Part shown: positions 12,351 to 26,221 of the stretch, one piece after another
Layout of the letters: the number at the start of each line of letters is the position of its first letter
Numbering within the stretch: the first letter of the stretch is position 1
Assembly (NCBI RefSeq): GCF_006345805.1
Contig: NC_042997.1
Span: forward strand, 168,144,001-168,208,000
Source: Octopus sinensis
Taxonomy: Eukaryota
DNA: 64,000 nt
Direction: 5' to 3'
Translations under genes and position numbers: made by a program
Notes under the pieces: generated by a model
The model's database searches: none
What the model was told of the DNA's origin: nothing
The model's input: the letters and a program-made list of their open reading frames with translations, nothing else

Positions 12351-13813
12351 TTAAGGAATGGAGAAGATAAGATTGTCTTTTTTTATATTTACTATGGATC
12401 CATGAAAGTTGTTTTTTATTTACTACAGACTGCTTGAAGCTAACCTTGGGTCTTTATATACACACACACACACCTACACACATGTACCATATCCTTTCCT
12501 CTCCATAATTTATAATGGTCTTTCTCTGTAGAGGACCATTCAAACCCACTGTCTTCCAAGTAGGTTACCTAGCAGAACACAGGCAATCACATCTTTGATG
12601 ATTTCTCATGATGACCATCCTTACTAAGATTAAAAACTAAATTTCTTCAGCAGTTCCAGAACATTACTTTAGTCTTTTTCTTGCTGATTTTCTGCAAAGC
12701 TCAAATAAAGCACCACATATCTGTAGCATGCTGAAGTTACACACAAATATCAAAGCAAAAGTCTGCCTGTTGACTGGTAAAAACTCACATTCCTACAGAC
12801 TACAACCATCACCTTTAAATCAAATCAATGATGGGGCATCTATATCGACACTTGACTTGCTAGAAATAGCAACAAAACATCCCTAAAACCTCCTATACCA
12901 TTTATCTTCAAAATTGTCATATTGGATAAAGTAGTCCTGAAAATAAGATGAGATTATCTTGGCAGAAACACTTTTGATCATGGATCTGCTCACTCATGCT
13001 CAACTTGAGCTTAAACAACCACAGATTTTTTTTTAATTGTTATAATTGTTTCTTTCTGCCTTTTCTATCTTGGCTCCTGCTCTGAACCAACAATTTGCAT
13101 ACCATTCAATACACTTGATTTGTCCTAATTATTTGCTTGATTTGTCCTAATTATTTCTTCTCAGACTTGCAATCCTTTGGAATTTCTCTGTTCATCCACA
13201 TTTTTTCAGCAGACATCCAAAAGGTTGAATTAATCTAAAATGACCTGCCAAGTTGTTGAATGCTACTCTTATATCTCCAATTTATAAACAAAGCAAACCT
13301 TTCTTAAGTGGTAGCCGGTTTTTTTTTCTGCCTACCAGTGGAGGTGCAGACCTGAAAATTTATTACTACCTGTATTGAGTATGCTTATGTCTCAATTAAA
13401 GTAAGCTAAAACTTAATGTGATATAATATCTACTTCCAATCCTTTTTCTTTCAATGCACTTTATTTTCAAACTTTTCACACCACTTTAAGATCAAATTCT
13501 TAAGTAAATTTGTTCAAGTTTATTGGTATATGAATATGTTTTGTATATATATTTTTTTCCCCTTTTGAACCACACAAAGCCATATTCGAAGAGAACTATA
13601 ACTTTCTGGAAATTAAATACTGCTAGACGATGTCATTACTAGCACCAACAAGAGTTTGTGAAACAAACCTACCAGAATAGTAAACAATACAACTGAAATA
13701 AAAGCCTCAGAAATAAATGTGGAAGAAACCAATAGCAAATCATTCCTCTCAATTCAAGTTACAAATAGCTGTGAGGCTATATTTTGTCATGTCTAATTGA
13801 AATCCTATCTTAA

Positions 13814-14027
13814 ATCTTTAGCATTTAAACTAGCCATATCCAGCCAAAATATTCTGTGTTATGATCAAACCAACCAAATCTGGCCTCAGACACCAATCCT
13901 ATTATATCGTTCTAAAAATTAACAGGTACCTATCAAAATCTCAAAGCCACAAGATATGCATGATTAATTCAAAACAATGTGAATGAATAAGCATTACTTT
14001 TGACAGAATAATGTAATTGCTAAAGGG
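13814..14027. mobile_element. piggyBac-type MITE family 2 (also ~4631-4825, 15225-15444, 61506-61724)
   Basis: TTAA(c)CCTTTAGCA...TGCTAAAGGGTTAA ends shared among the copies. Confidence 0.7.
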
Positions 14028-14888
14028 TTAAAGAAGATGAGTTGAACGTTTTTCTTATAGTCAACTTTATGACTATTGAATAGTAGACAGAAAATAAATT
14101 ATAGATTATAATAAAGCTCAAGAAATATATCCAAAGTACTGAACTAAAGCAGCTAAGCTTATCATTATGATACTGAAGGAAAACAGTTGACAACCACTTA
14201 GAAATGCATCAAATTCACATAAGCAAACATACTGGGGTTAGTCTGAAATTATTAATACTCCCAACACAACAAGTAACACACACACATAATTTGCAGTCAA
14301 AGTTTTATATCTCCTCTTTCAGCATACTTCAAGAGTTCAAATTAAATAATGAATTGCTTCAGTGCCACTTAATTACTTAAAATCACCAATACTATGAGGA
14401 CACTAAAAGGTAATGGACAGTGACTTTCCAATTCAAAGCAATAATGAATACACATTAGAGATTCCAATATAAACAAAGTAAAAATGGGAGGAATTATAGA
14501 TTTAATTGGTCTGTCTTTAGAAGTTTTCTTATGCTGAATACATGCATAGTTCAATAATCAAATCATGAGTATGTTTTATGAATCCACATTTTCTTTTTAT
14601 TATATTCACTAAGGTGCATATACATTGTGAGTGTGTGTATATATTAACAGCTTATACAAAACTCTCAACTAATAATATATGCATAACAATTTTATAAATA
14701 CATTTATAAGAAAGTGTGTATGTGTGAGTGTTTTCAAGACAAAAATCAATGATGCACTGTAGAGTTAATCTCCTGGTAAACTAAATCTATGATACAGGTT
14801 CAATTACTACTTGAGGTGTATCAATTTGTATCAGTTATATCCAGCCATACTAAATAACCCAGAGGTGAACAGGTGCGACCATACTAAC

Positions 14889-14973
14889 TTGCCATTGATG
14901 CAACACATGAAGACGAACCCTTTTATTGTGTACCAATAACCTACTAAGAGCTGCAAGACATTCACTGTCTGGC
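14889..14973 (-). CDS. Candidate internal exon of the unidentified minus-strand gene
   Basis: atttcag acceptor, GTTAGT donor, 85 nt, open in two frames (RPDSECLAALSRLLVHNKRVRLHVLHQWQ or QTVNVLQLLVGYWYTIKGFVFMCCING). Homology not recognised. Confidence 0.35.
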
Positions 14974-16349
14974 CTGAAATTTTTGCTTTTATTCTAAGAA
15001 TAACAACAATCATAGAAAGATTGTTTTGGGATTAGAAAAAAGCAAAGAATATGAATAATAATTGACTTTGTCACTGCCTGATTAATTCAGGACCCACTCA
15101 TGAATTTGATTATATCCTCCAGTTCCAATCTACTTCACTAAACTTGCATGGCATTCCTCAAATGGTTTAAAACTTATTTCTTGTTTGCTTTTGGGGTTTT
15201 TTATACTAGTGACATAAAATCAAACCCTTTAGCAATTAAATTGGCTATATTCAGTCAAAATATTCTACCCATTTTAAGTTCAAGCTAGTCAGATGTGGCC
15301 TCTCACACCAACCCTACAATATCATTCTAAAAGTTAATAGTTACTTCACCAAAATTGCAAAGTTACAAGATAATGTATGAGTAATTCAAAACAATGTGAA
15401 TAAGCAAGCATTACTTTTGACAGAATATAGGGAATGCTAGAGGGTTAATAGCTTAACCTATCAAGGGTGTCTCTATAACACTTGACCAGCTAGAAATAGC
15501 TGCCAAGCAAAATAAAAAGCATAATGTTGGACAGATGTAGTCTTGGATAAACTCAAAATAAGAAGTATAACGTTGGATAGATGTAGTCTTAGATACACTT
15601 TGTCTGAAAAAAAGCTGGCAAAATTGTGGTTGGAGTGCCTTTGAGCATAGGATCAATGCCTAAACAATATCAACATCAAAGAGATGGATGTTATTCTAAC
15701 AGGATGTACATAGAAGTGGACATCAAAATGAAAGACTTTAGTATAGAGATATATGGTGTCTTTTTTGTGTGTGCAAAGAGGTAAAGAAAACAATTACCTC
15801 AGAGTAACCAAAGTAATAAGCTAAAGCAGAAAGCAAGCATATTAGATATTATTCAATATTTACCTTAGAGCTACATAGGATGCATTGTGAGCCATATGGT
15901 AGCTGAAGTGTACCGTGTCTATTTTATCATGTTTATGTAAGGTTCAAAATTATTGACTAGTTACATTCTGGAAATAGCATGTAACTGTCTGAACATCTGT
16001 AAGTCAGTCAGTCAGTTAGTTTGATGTCCAGATTCTCAAACTTGTCGAGAGGTTTGGATGTTGACTGCAATGGGAACAGGTGTTGTAGATTCATAATGTA
16101 AGATGTCTTTGAATAACCTCTTTTTCCAACTAACTCTGTTATAGATACATTGAGTTGTATTAAATTAATATCAACAGGGAAGGATCCAAAAAGAGAAGTG
16201 TCAAAAAGAGATACACCTTATTTCTTTTTTCATTCACAGCTTATAAACGTTGTCTTTGTTGGTGATGTTAAAAGACAATGGGAGGAGGTGCATAGAATCC
16301 AAAGTACTTGGCACAGAGCATATTTTGAATTTGATTTTCAATAAAATTT

Positions 16350-16900
16350 TCTATAAATAAGCTTCTGATGGTGCAGATTACGATTATATCGAAATTTAAT
16401 GTGAAAATGTTTCTCCAAGGGTGGGGTGTTTCGGAAAATTCACACTAGTCGGATTTGTTTCTTCATAACTTTCAGAAAAATGAGTATTTTTGAATGAAAT
16501 TTTCTACAAATACCTTTCAAAGTATGTAGATAACGATAATATCAGAATTTGATATTAAAAAGAAAATTGGTGGACTCGTGCATATACATACTGATACACA
16601 TCACAGTTCTTTGTTTTGTTTCGTTTTTTTGTTTTTTAGTTTCACATTTCATTTTGTAGCTATTTGTTATGGGTGTCAGTACGAGCCCACAATTTTTTTC
16701 AACATATTAATTTCCGATATAATCATAATGTACACACTCTGAAAAGTATTCGTAGAAAATTTTACAAAAAATTACTCATTTTTATGAAAGTTATGAGGAA
16801 ACAAATCTGACTCGTTTGAATTTTCCGAAACTTCTCTCCCCACCCTCGGGGGAAATTTTATAATCATTATCTATACCATCTGAAGCATTTATGTAAAAAG
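16350..16900. mobile_element. Foldback DNA element with ~160 bp imperfect inverted arms
   Basis: 16350-16512 is reverse-complementary to 16745-16900. Confidence 0.6.
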
Positions 16901-17474
16901 TTTCATTTTAAAATATCCATTTTTCTAGAAGTTAAAAAGGCAACAAAATCGATATAAGGCATACTTGTGTAGGTATGCCAAAACTATGAAGTTATACAAA
17001 TACTGCACAACACACAGAACAACAACAATAATTATTATTATATAAAATTATTTTACGAAAGACAGCCTATGTATATGCAAAATGCACTTCATATGTGCAT
17101 TGTGTGACGTTTAAATGTTTCATTCAGTTAGTAAGAATAGATAAGTATTATCTACAAAATATAAAAAAAATAAGTGCGATAACGTTAAATTTATTTTCAA
17201 AACATACCGATCTAAATTGTGTCAGATTTCGAACAAGTGTGAAATTGCAAATTAAGACCAATAGTCACACAAATAACTACACTTAAAAAAAAAAACGGTA
17301 TATATCTATATATATAGTTAGCACATAAGTCCTATGTAAACATGAACGAGAACCATTGTTTTGAACGTGCATTGTAGCGCAGTCAGTAAGCTAAATGTAG
17401 ATAAAGGATATAGCAAAGAAACTCTTGCTGCACTCAAATAAACCAACATATTAATACACATACTTTACATACGT

Positions 17475-17535
<61 letters not shown>

Positions 17536-18752
17536 TATATACAGGAACATAGTTCATCGTAAGTCAACTGTTTTGGGGTAACAGAAGAATTTATCAAATT
17601 ACTGTCAACAGGGAAAGATCCAAAAGAGAATTGTCAAAAGTAGAGAGAGATCCCTTATTTCTTTTTTTCCTTCACCGTTAGTTTATAAACATTGTCTTTG
17701 ATTGTGATGTTGACAGGCGATGGGAGGGGGCGCATAAAATTCAAAGTACTTTGCACGAGACATATTTTAAATTAGAATTTTAAAAATAATGTACATGCAA
17801 AGTACAATACTAATAACAAATGAGAAAAACTACAAGAATGAAGAAATCAGATGAGAGAAGGAACATATATATATATGTATATATATATACATACTTATAT
17901 ATATATATATACAGAGAGAGAGAGAGAGAATGTTATTGCTGGCGTATTGTTTATTCATTTTCAAAGTGACTGAAGTTACTTCAACAACTTCGACAAAACT
18001 AGCAATATTTTGCATCCATACATACGCACACTTAAAACACTTTCGGAGAAAAGAAAGTTGTGAAAAAGTTATTTCGAAGAACTGGTAGTACTGATCATAA
18101 TTACAATATATACAAATATGCGTGTGTGTGTGTGCATGTATAAATATCTACATATTATTTACATACATATTATATATATTTATATATGTGTGTATATATA
18201 TATATATATAGATATAATCACAACAAACAACAGCAACAGATACTGACGGGACAGTAAAAATAAACATTAATAATGATTTCTTTTGCTCAAGGGCAACAAA
18301 AAGTAAATAGTAAAAAGTGTAGTAATTATTGTAAGCAGGCATACAGATATATATGTATATATTTACATTATATAAATATATATATTTATACATATATATA
18401 TCTACATACATGAAATATTATGTACATTTATATACATTACTCGAATGGCAACAGATATTAATTGGAAAATAACAACACTAGTGACGATGATAGTATTTAT
18501 AGTAAAGAAGTTGATTGAAGTTTGAAGTGGTGAAAGTTAAATAAAGGAAGATATAAAAACATAATATACTGTTATAAAGTTTATAAAAACTCAAAATCTA
18601 TTCGTAACGAAAGTGATAAACTAACAGAGAGAAAATAAATAAAAAATTAGATAGCACATAAATAACTCTTCTACGTGCTTTGATGAGATGACCACCAAAG
18701 CCAAATGTGCAACATTAAACAATTGGGTTAAATTTAAATGAGCCAAACTCAC

Positions 18753-18767
18753 CCCAACCGACGCCAT
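18753..18767 (-). CDS. Probable first coding exon (MASVG) of an unidentified gene
   Basis: Minus strand reads aagATGGCGTCGGTTGGG|GTGAGT: strong initiation context, consensus donor, inside a local CpG-rich island. Confidence 0.55.
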
Positions 18768-18960
18768 CTTCTCAAAATTGCGACTGGACTTAAACGAAAG
18801 CAGCCGTTTGATTGGTTGTTGTCGGTCATGAGCTAGTCGCCCCTACCGTTCTCATTGGTCACTCTCTTTCTCCCTCTCCCACTCATTTTTTTTTCTTTCT
18901 GCCGTATTACTCTTATTCGTATTATGAATATTCACTCGTTTTCGTCTTGTTGTTGTAAAT
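18768..18960 (-). promoter_or_regulatory. CpG-rich promoter/5' UTR with two CCAAT boxes
   Basis: Cluster of CpGs in a CpG-poor background; ATTGG at ~18811 and ~18854 (CCAAT on minus) upstream of the ATG at 18767. Confidence 0.5.
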
Positions 18961-19694
18961 AGAACTCTATCAGTCTCTTAGTAAATATTGTAAAGTTTTT
19001 TTTACGAAGTTTCTCAATTCCTACATCGCTATTCTAACTTGTTAGAGTTCTTAGCATAGTTAGTATCTTTATCATAGAGTTATTCACATAGGTATAGCAA
19101 AGAAAACCACTGATTTAACATCACAAACGTATATTTATTTTGACAGCATCTCATCTAAGCCATTACCTCATTGCTTCAATGTTTTCATTTTACACATAAC
19201 TATATTATATATACTTATATATCTAGCTAAGTTATCTCTATATATATAGCCGCGACAACAATTTATATATATATATATTCGAGATTATTCTTGTCTATAT
19301 AGATTTATTACTTTTTCTCACTTTAAGTAGAGACGTGTGTATATAGTTATTTCCATAAATAGCTATAACTAACCAAATGTTAGCAAGTACTTCAAAGTAT
19401 TACCGATAGTTTTACCTAGTCGAATATACCATTTAATATAACTATGTAGTGCGACAATGTTTATATCTTTAGGGTATGTTTTTGTAATTGCTATTTAGTC
19501 TTCGGTTAGCTTTGAACATTCAAACACTTGAATCGGTACTATAAATTACCCATCCCTCCTTTCTTTTTGGTGATGTCGATAATGGTTTTCTTTCGTAATT
19601 AGGTTCTCCATCATTCAAATTTAAGGTGCTCACCGTTTATATATATTTGCATATTCATCAGTATATGTATGCATATATATTAGATAATGTACAT

Positions 19695-19734
<40 letters not shown>

Positions 19735-22239
19735 CTTTTAGATAGCATGAGCCCATGGACTAGGGGCTTCAAGCTTGGTGGGGGGTATCTAACCCACAGA
19801 AACTTGAAGCTTGAAGTTAAAAATTGAAAAAAAAATATGTTTACGGCAATCAAATAATATATACTTTTTACTTCATGAATTTTTTAAAAATCCAATACAA
19901 TTTTTAAATTATTGAGCCCTCTATTGATTTATTGGACTCTTAAAGCCATTGAATTTGAGTCCTGAATCTACTGATAGGAATAACATAACTTCCTTAGCTG
20001 ACAGCTGTTTTTACTGTAATAAGCAGTACCCTCAGCTGAGTGCATGTGCAACATCTTATAGCTTTGTCATTAGAATGAAGCGTATATTCATTTGAGAAAT
20101 GCTTCTCAAAATAAACATACTCTTAAGTTTAATGACTGAGGAAATTATATGATATTGCACAAATACTCAGCTCCAAGTACACTGCTTTTTATGGCAGAAA
20201 CATTAGTACGCCAGGTGAAATATGCTTAGCGGTATTTTGTCTGTCTTTACATTCTGAGTTCAAATTCCACTACGGTCGATTTTGTCTATCATCCTTTTGG
20301 GGTCGATAAATTAAGTACCAGTTGCATACTGAGATCAATCTAACCGATTGGATCCCTCCCCAAGAATTTCAGGCCTTGTGTCTGGAGTAGAAAAGAATAT
20401 TACTCTGTACTCAATGCTTTTCTATAAAGCATATGTATATTAAATTCTAACAACTAGTTTTTAGTATCACTATGCCCAAATGCAATTTTAATATATAAAT
20501 ATATATATATATCTTTTGTCGGTGGCACGTAAAAAGCACCCACTACACTCACGGAGTGGTTGGCGTTAGGAAGGGCATCCAGCTGTAGAAACATTGCCAG
20601 ATAAGACCGGAGCCTGGTGCAGCCTTCTGGCTTCCCAGATGCCCGGTCGAACCGCCCAACCCATGCTAGCATGGAGAACAGACGTTAATCGATGATGATC
20701 TGGTTTATAGAGGCAGAATGTATGTATATAATTGTTTGTATACATATATATCATCTATTAACATCCATACTCCATGCTGATGTGGTTTGGATGGTTCAAC
20801 AGAACCCAACTAGTTTGAGAACAGCATTTGTCTCCAGTGTCTGCTACAATAAGGTTTCTATGGCTGGATGCTCTTCCTCATGCCAGCCACTTTACAAAGT
20901 GTACTGGATACTTTTCTCGTAACAACAGCTCTAATGAAATTCCCAAGTAACTCGCAAGACAAGGCCTCTTGACAGAGTGGTAGTGCACTATCAAGGGGAA
21001 TGATTTTGTACCTGATGTTACAAGTCTCAAGTATGAAAGAGGGACACAAACAGGCGTCTTTCTGTAGAGAAGATACATGGCTACCCAAGCATGAAAGGAA
21101 GGAAGGATGGAAACGTATCAGGGTACACCCTCAAGGTACAAGAAGGTTAATAAAAAGAGAATAGGAGCAAAGAACCAAGGGTCGCTGAATGGGTAGATAG
21201 GTTTGTGAGAGTGTAAAAGAAGAGTGATAGACAGTAGATGAGCATAAAAATAAAAGCAGTGAATGGTGAACATGGATAGAGAAGACAATTGTGTCTCAGT
21301 TTGAGGAGAATGTAAAGAAAACAGGAGTTGGTCATGGATAAGGAGGTGGTAACACATGCATAAAAAGGAAGCAAGGTGGAAAACAACAGTACAAAAACAA
21401 TTGTAGATGAGACATAGGGAGACAAGGTGAAGTCTAGCAGAGAGTAATGCACACTCAGAGTAAGAGGTACATAAAGGTGGATATAGTGAGTTATGAGAAG
21501 GTGTTCAGGGAATAGGGGTATCCAGTAGATATATAGTGATAAAGGATGGTGTTGGGAAATGGGGAAGAGTGAGAAGGGAGGTGGTCCCAAAAGAGAGAGT
21601 ACTGATAGCACAAAGTGGAAGAAGAAATATTTACACTTCTGCTCTCATATATTTACAGCAGCTGAGAACAAGTGCCATAGTTACAGGAAGATGGGTTGCT
21701 GTGAAGGTTTCACAGGTACAGATTGGGTGCAGGGGCAGAGACATTAACAGTGTTTTTAGGACCTCATAGTATGTTCATTTATATTTATATAGTGCAAGTT
21801 AAGGAACAGAACATGTCACTAGCATTTACAACTTTGTGTATTCTTTTTTTATTCCAAAAGAGAAAGCTGTGAAGAAATTAGTACTGTTAAGTCAAACTTT
21901 CTTGCTACTGTAGTGCAACAGTCACAAAGTACACATAAAAAAAAGAGAGACTGGGGAGTTAGATCTGAAACTATTTGTTGCATCCTTACACTGGTTTCAG
22001 TGAAGCTTTTAAGATTTGATTACATAAGTCTGACCTGATCTATTGACTACAGCTTCACATCAGAGTTGATTTCTGAAATGTGTGCATATATGCATGCATG
22101 TTTGTGGTATTAATAAAATACAGAAAACATGCAGTATTTTATGCTTTGTAATAGATACATGTGTTTCATCCAATTAACTTCCAAGATTACATACTTGTTA
22201 AAATATTATATAATACTATATAATATTAATTCACATCTC

Positions 22240-22249
22240 CATTGTTTAG

Positions 22250-22291
<42 letters not shown>

Positions 22292-22301
22292 GATATATAT
22301 A

Positions 22302-22368
<67 letters not shown>

Positions 22369-22370
22369 CA
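22240..22370. repeat. (TA)n/(CA)n microsatellite (others at ~4865, 9438, 17480, 24598, 25510-25640, 25748, 25962, 45410)
   Basis: Directly visible dinucleotide runs. Confidence 0.95.
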
Positions 22371-22839
22371 AGAAGAAAAATGAAGAAAGCAAGTCTTTTT
22401 ATTACATCAATTTACAATTATTTCAACCATATAACACAAGCCTTCTGTAGTTTTTTTCACTCTTATTTATTTTTTATATATATATAATACACACACACAC
22501 ATGTATATATATATTTGCAGCATGGAAGGCAGTGCCAAGTTTTGTCAGTGAACAGGTCACGGTTTCAAAGCAATGAAAATGTTTTGACACAAATGAAAAT
22601 TAAATGTTGAAGTGAAGCTAACAGTTTTTGTATGTTCTTGAATGGCTTACAAATATTTTCCCTGCTGCAATTGTTTTTGTTTCAGTACATGATCTCAGAT
22701 CAAGTCACTTGCTATGCAAGTACATCTCTGTAATATATATATATATATATATAATAAATATATATACATATATGACTATTTGGCTCAGGAATCAAAGTAT
22801 TGTTCTGATAAGCATGATGGTATTTAAAAATAGCAAAAA

Positions 22840-24180
22840 GTTTGTTGATTTGCAGAAAAAGGAATATGAAATTTCTAATGCAAAAAACTTTTCTGGTTGG
22901 TAAAGGCTGGTTTGTAAGGTTTAAGATGCCCTTGAATTTGCACAATTTTAAATTAACTGGTGAATCTGCCAGTGCTGACACAGAGGATGCTACTAAATAT
23001 CCTGAATAGCTAAAATATGTTTGCTGAAGGGAGCAAGTATACAATGTTGATGAAACTGTACTTTTCTATAAAAACACGTGCCTGCTTGAGCTTTTAACAT
23101 CAAGAAGAGACTTGAACATCAGGATTTAAAGGCTGCAAAAATTATTTGATGCTTCTTCTGGGAGGAAATGCCACTACTAGAGATATGAAATTAAAGCCCC
23201 CTTCTGATTTGACATTTAAATGAAAAGACATAGATGACTGAGAGCCTTTTTGAAGAGTAGTATACAAACACTTTATGTCCTACTGTAGAAAGGTACAGTG
23301 CCAGACATATTTAAAACAAGATATTGCTCATTTTAGACAACACATCAATCAAATGAACTCAAATGAGCTTTCTGAGAGCATAAGAGTAAAATACAGTGAG
23401 GGGAAATAAATATTCAAAAGAATATGCTAAAGAAACTAATAAATTATAGTATATATATTTTTTTTATTAGAACTTTCTCATTTGTTCCAATAATCTTATC
23501 AGTTGTCATTTTTAAGTGTCAAAATGCTAGCTTCTTCATTCATCACTGAGACAACATAAATTAGTATCGTAATAATGGCGAAAAGTAAAGAACTCACAAA
23601 TTCAGTGGAAAGCAGGTAAAAGTTACAGGAAAATATCAGGGACCCTTTGTATTCTATTTTGTACCATATCTTCATTTATTCAAAGATATAGTTATGGTAT
23701 ATCCCATTTATGTTCATTAGAAATTAAATAAATAAAGAATTTTGACATGTACGAATATTTATTTCCCCCCACTGTATATCCTCAAGAATATATCTTCTTT
23801 GCTCAAGCTAATGGATCAAGATGTGATAGCTAACTTCAAGGCACATTATCTGAGACAAATTTTCAAAACTTATGAAAGCAATTGATAGGGTGAGTAAACT
23901 AACAGTTAGAGACTTCTGAAGAAAGTTCGAGAGAATGGACACTGTGAATAACATAAGTGAGTCATGGGATGAAGTGAAAGCCTCAAATATGGATGGCACC
24001 AAGTGCCATTCATATTTCAGGGTTTCACTTCAAAGTCAGACTGTATCTCTGACTTTATAAGTTTTCCACATCAAATTCAGAAAGATACTGTGAAATTTGA
24101 AAATGCTATATGGCTTGAAGTCACAGAGGATGTGGTTAACAAGGAGCTGGCACTTTTAGAAAAAAAAGCAAGTTGAGAAT
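22840..24180 (+). mobile_element. Tigger/pogo transposase remnant interrupted by a Tc1 element
   Basis: KGWFVRFK..LHN.KLTGESASAD, QVYNVDET, LILDN and MDQ.VIANFKA.YLR motifs; reading resumes after the insertion. Confidence 0.75.
23394..23774 (+). mobile_element. Tc1-like internal deletion derivative
   Basis: TA flanks; TIR CAGTG(A/G)GGG(G)AAATAAATATTC; residual MAKSKELT transposase start at ~23576. Confidence 0.8.
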
Positions 24181-24597
24181 ACAGATGAGAAGATGGAAAT
24201 TCTACCAACTCAATTTAAATAGACAACAAAAATATTGCCAAAGGGTTGGTATTTACCACAGAATAGCTGCAAGATTTTGCTAATGATAACTTTAATTGTG
24301 AATGTAATAAGAACAAGAGCATTCAGAGAGTGCAAAGCTCTGCCAAAGGCAACACCAACGTCCTCTCAACAATTAACTGCAGATGATTTTTAAAATGAGA
24401 ATATCTGAAAAAAAATCCTTCAATGAATATCACGAGACCTCTTGGTTTTCTCTTCTCATAAATTCCGGTCATCCTTTAGTAATCCTGTTGTTTTAGATCG
24501 ATGTATAGAATTATGTATATATGTAAGTATACTGTAAAGTGTTAAAATGTATGTATAATCTCCTAATATAATAATGAGCGTTGTCTTTTTATATATT

Positions 24598-24659
<62 letters not shown>

Positions 24660-24879
24660 TAGAGCCAGGGTGAGAGATGTAGGCAGAGGAGATAAATGAC
24701 AAAGAGAGAGTCGTGCAAATGAGAAAGGAAGGTGTGATAAATGAATAATGAAGAAAGGAGTGAAAAAGCAAATAAGTGGCATTTGAAGTGTGAGTATATG
24801 TGTGTATGTGTGTGCGTGTACAAGAGAACTATGTGAGACTTTACATATATATGTAAAGTAAAGAAAATTAAAAAAATAA

Positions 24880-25077
24880 TCCAGAATCCTTGTCTGGTAC
24901 TGGATTGATCCCAAAATCTAATCAGTTTGTGCCAGTCATTAGACCAAACATCCCTGAAACATCCAAATCCATCCAGCAGTTCTTGAGATATCTTGTCCAC
25001 AGACTAACAAACAAACAAGCAAACAAACAAAGACAACTGAAAACAATACCTCTGCATTTGCTAAGGCAGAGATAATT
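24880..25077 (+). mobile_element. Possible Helentron/DINE-like non-autonomous element 3' end
   Basis: (CAAA)n microsatellite followed by a short CTCTGC/GCAGAG stem-loop at 25050-25071, an architecture typical of DINE/HINE elements. Confidence 0.4.
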
Positions 25078-25598
25078 ACAAAAGTTACAATAAGCTCAGT
25101 TCCTACAGAGAGATGAAATGTCATAAACATCAAACAATTTTGTTTAAGTTCTTCACCACTCAAGTAGATGATAATGATGATAGTGTTCCTCACTCTCCAA
25201 GTACCCCTTAGTTTTCTACATTTTTTTTATGGTATGAACATATGATATTATGATTCTTATTTATTTCCTAATGTATTTCACTTCAAATGTTTTTATGTAT
25301 ACGCATTGTATTGTGTATGTTTAGAAATTGCATTTCATGCATAAAGGTGATCATGCTTCTTGTTCTATTTTCATTGTTTCTATTTTTTTTTCTTTTTATC
25401 AATCAGAACACATTATCATTTCATATCATGAAAATCAGTAGGAATATTAATGTCTGTCATGGCAAATTTTTCTAGAATGCATTAATCTAGTAAAATGGGG
25501 TCTCCAGTATGTGTGAGTGTGTGTGTGTGTGGTGTGTGTGTGTGTGTGCGTGTGTGTGTGCGTGCATGTGTGTATGTGTATGCATATATATATATGTG

Positions 25599-25646
<48 letters not shown>

Positions 25647-25746
25647 ATAAGTACATACAAAGATTCACACATACACGTGAATATATGCATAAATATATGT
25701 AAATAAATACATTTATATCTATCTATCTATCTATCTCTTTCTCTCG

Positions 25747-25787
<41 letters not shown>

Positions 25788-25830
25788 GATAAATATCAAA
25801 GTGAGTTATATACAGTAGCGGTAACACATC

Positions 25831-25957
25831 GTGACGTATATTTGCCATTTCAATATGACTAACCCCTAAGGGTGGATGCTACTGTGTCCTCCTGGGGCTA
25901 AAAACTACAGTAGCATCCACCCTTAGGGGTTAGCCATATTGAAATGGCAAATATACG

Positions 25958-25961
<4 letters not shown>
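25831..25961. repeat. Inverted repeat, 55 bp arms, 21 nt loop
   Basis: Arms 25831-25885 and 25907-25961 differ at one position. Confidence 0.9.
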
Positions 25962-26002
<41 letters not shown>

Positions 26003-26221
26003 ATAAGTATAGGCATGGCTAAATGGCTAAGAAATTTGTTTCCCAACCACATGGCTTTTACTTCAGTCCTACTATATGGAATGTACATCTACTATATCTG
26101 AACAAAGACTTGTAAGTGGTTTTGGTAGACAGAAACTGAAAGAAGCCTGTTATATGCATGTATGTGAGTGTGTGTATGTCCTTGTCTTGATATTGCAAGA
26201 TAATTGTTTCAGAAGTTGAAT

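Noticed and set aside
24456-25706. Several ORFs rich in YI/CV/HT repeats
   Set aside because: Translations of (TA)n and (TG)n microsatellites.
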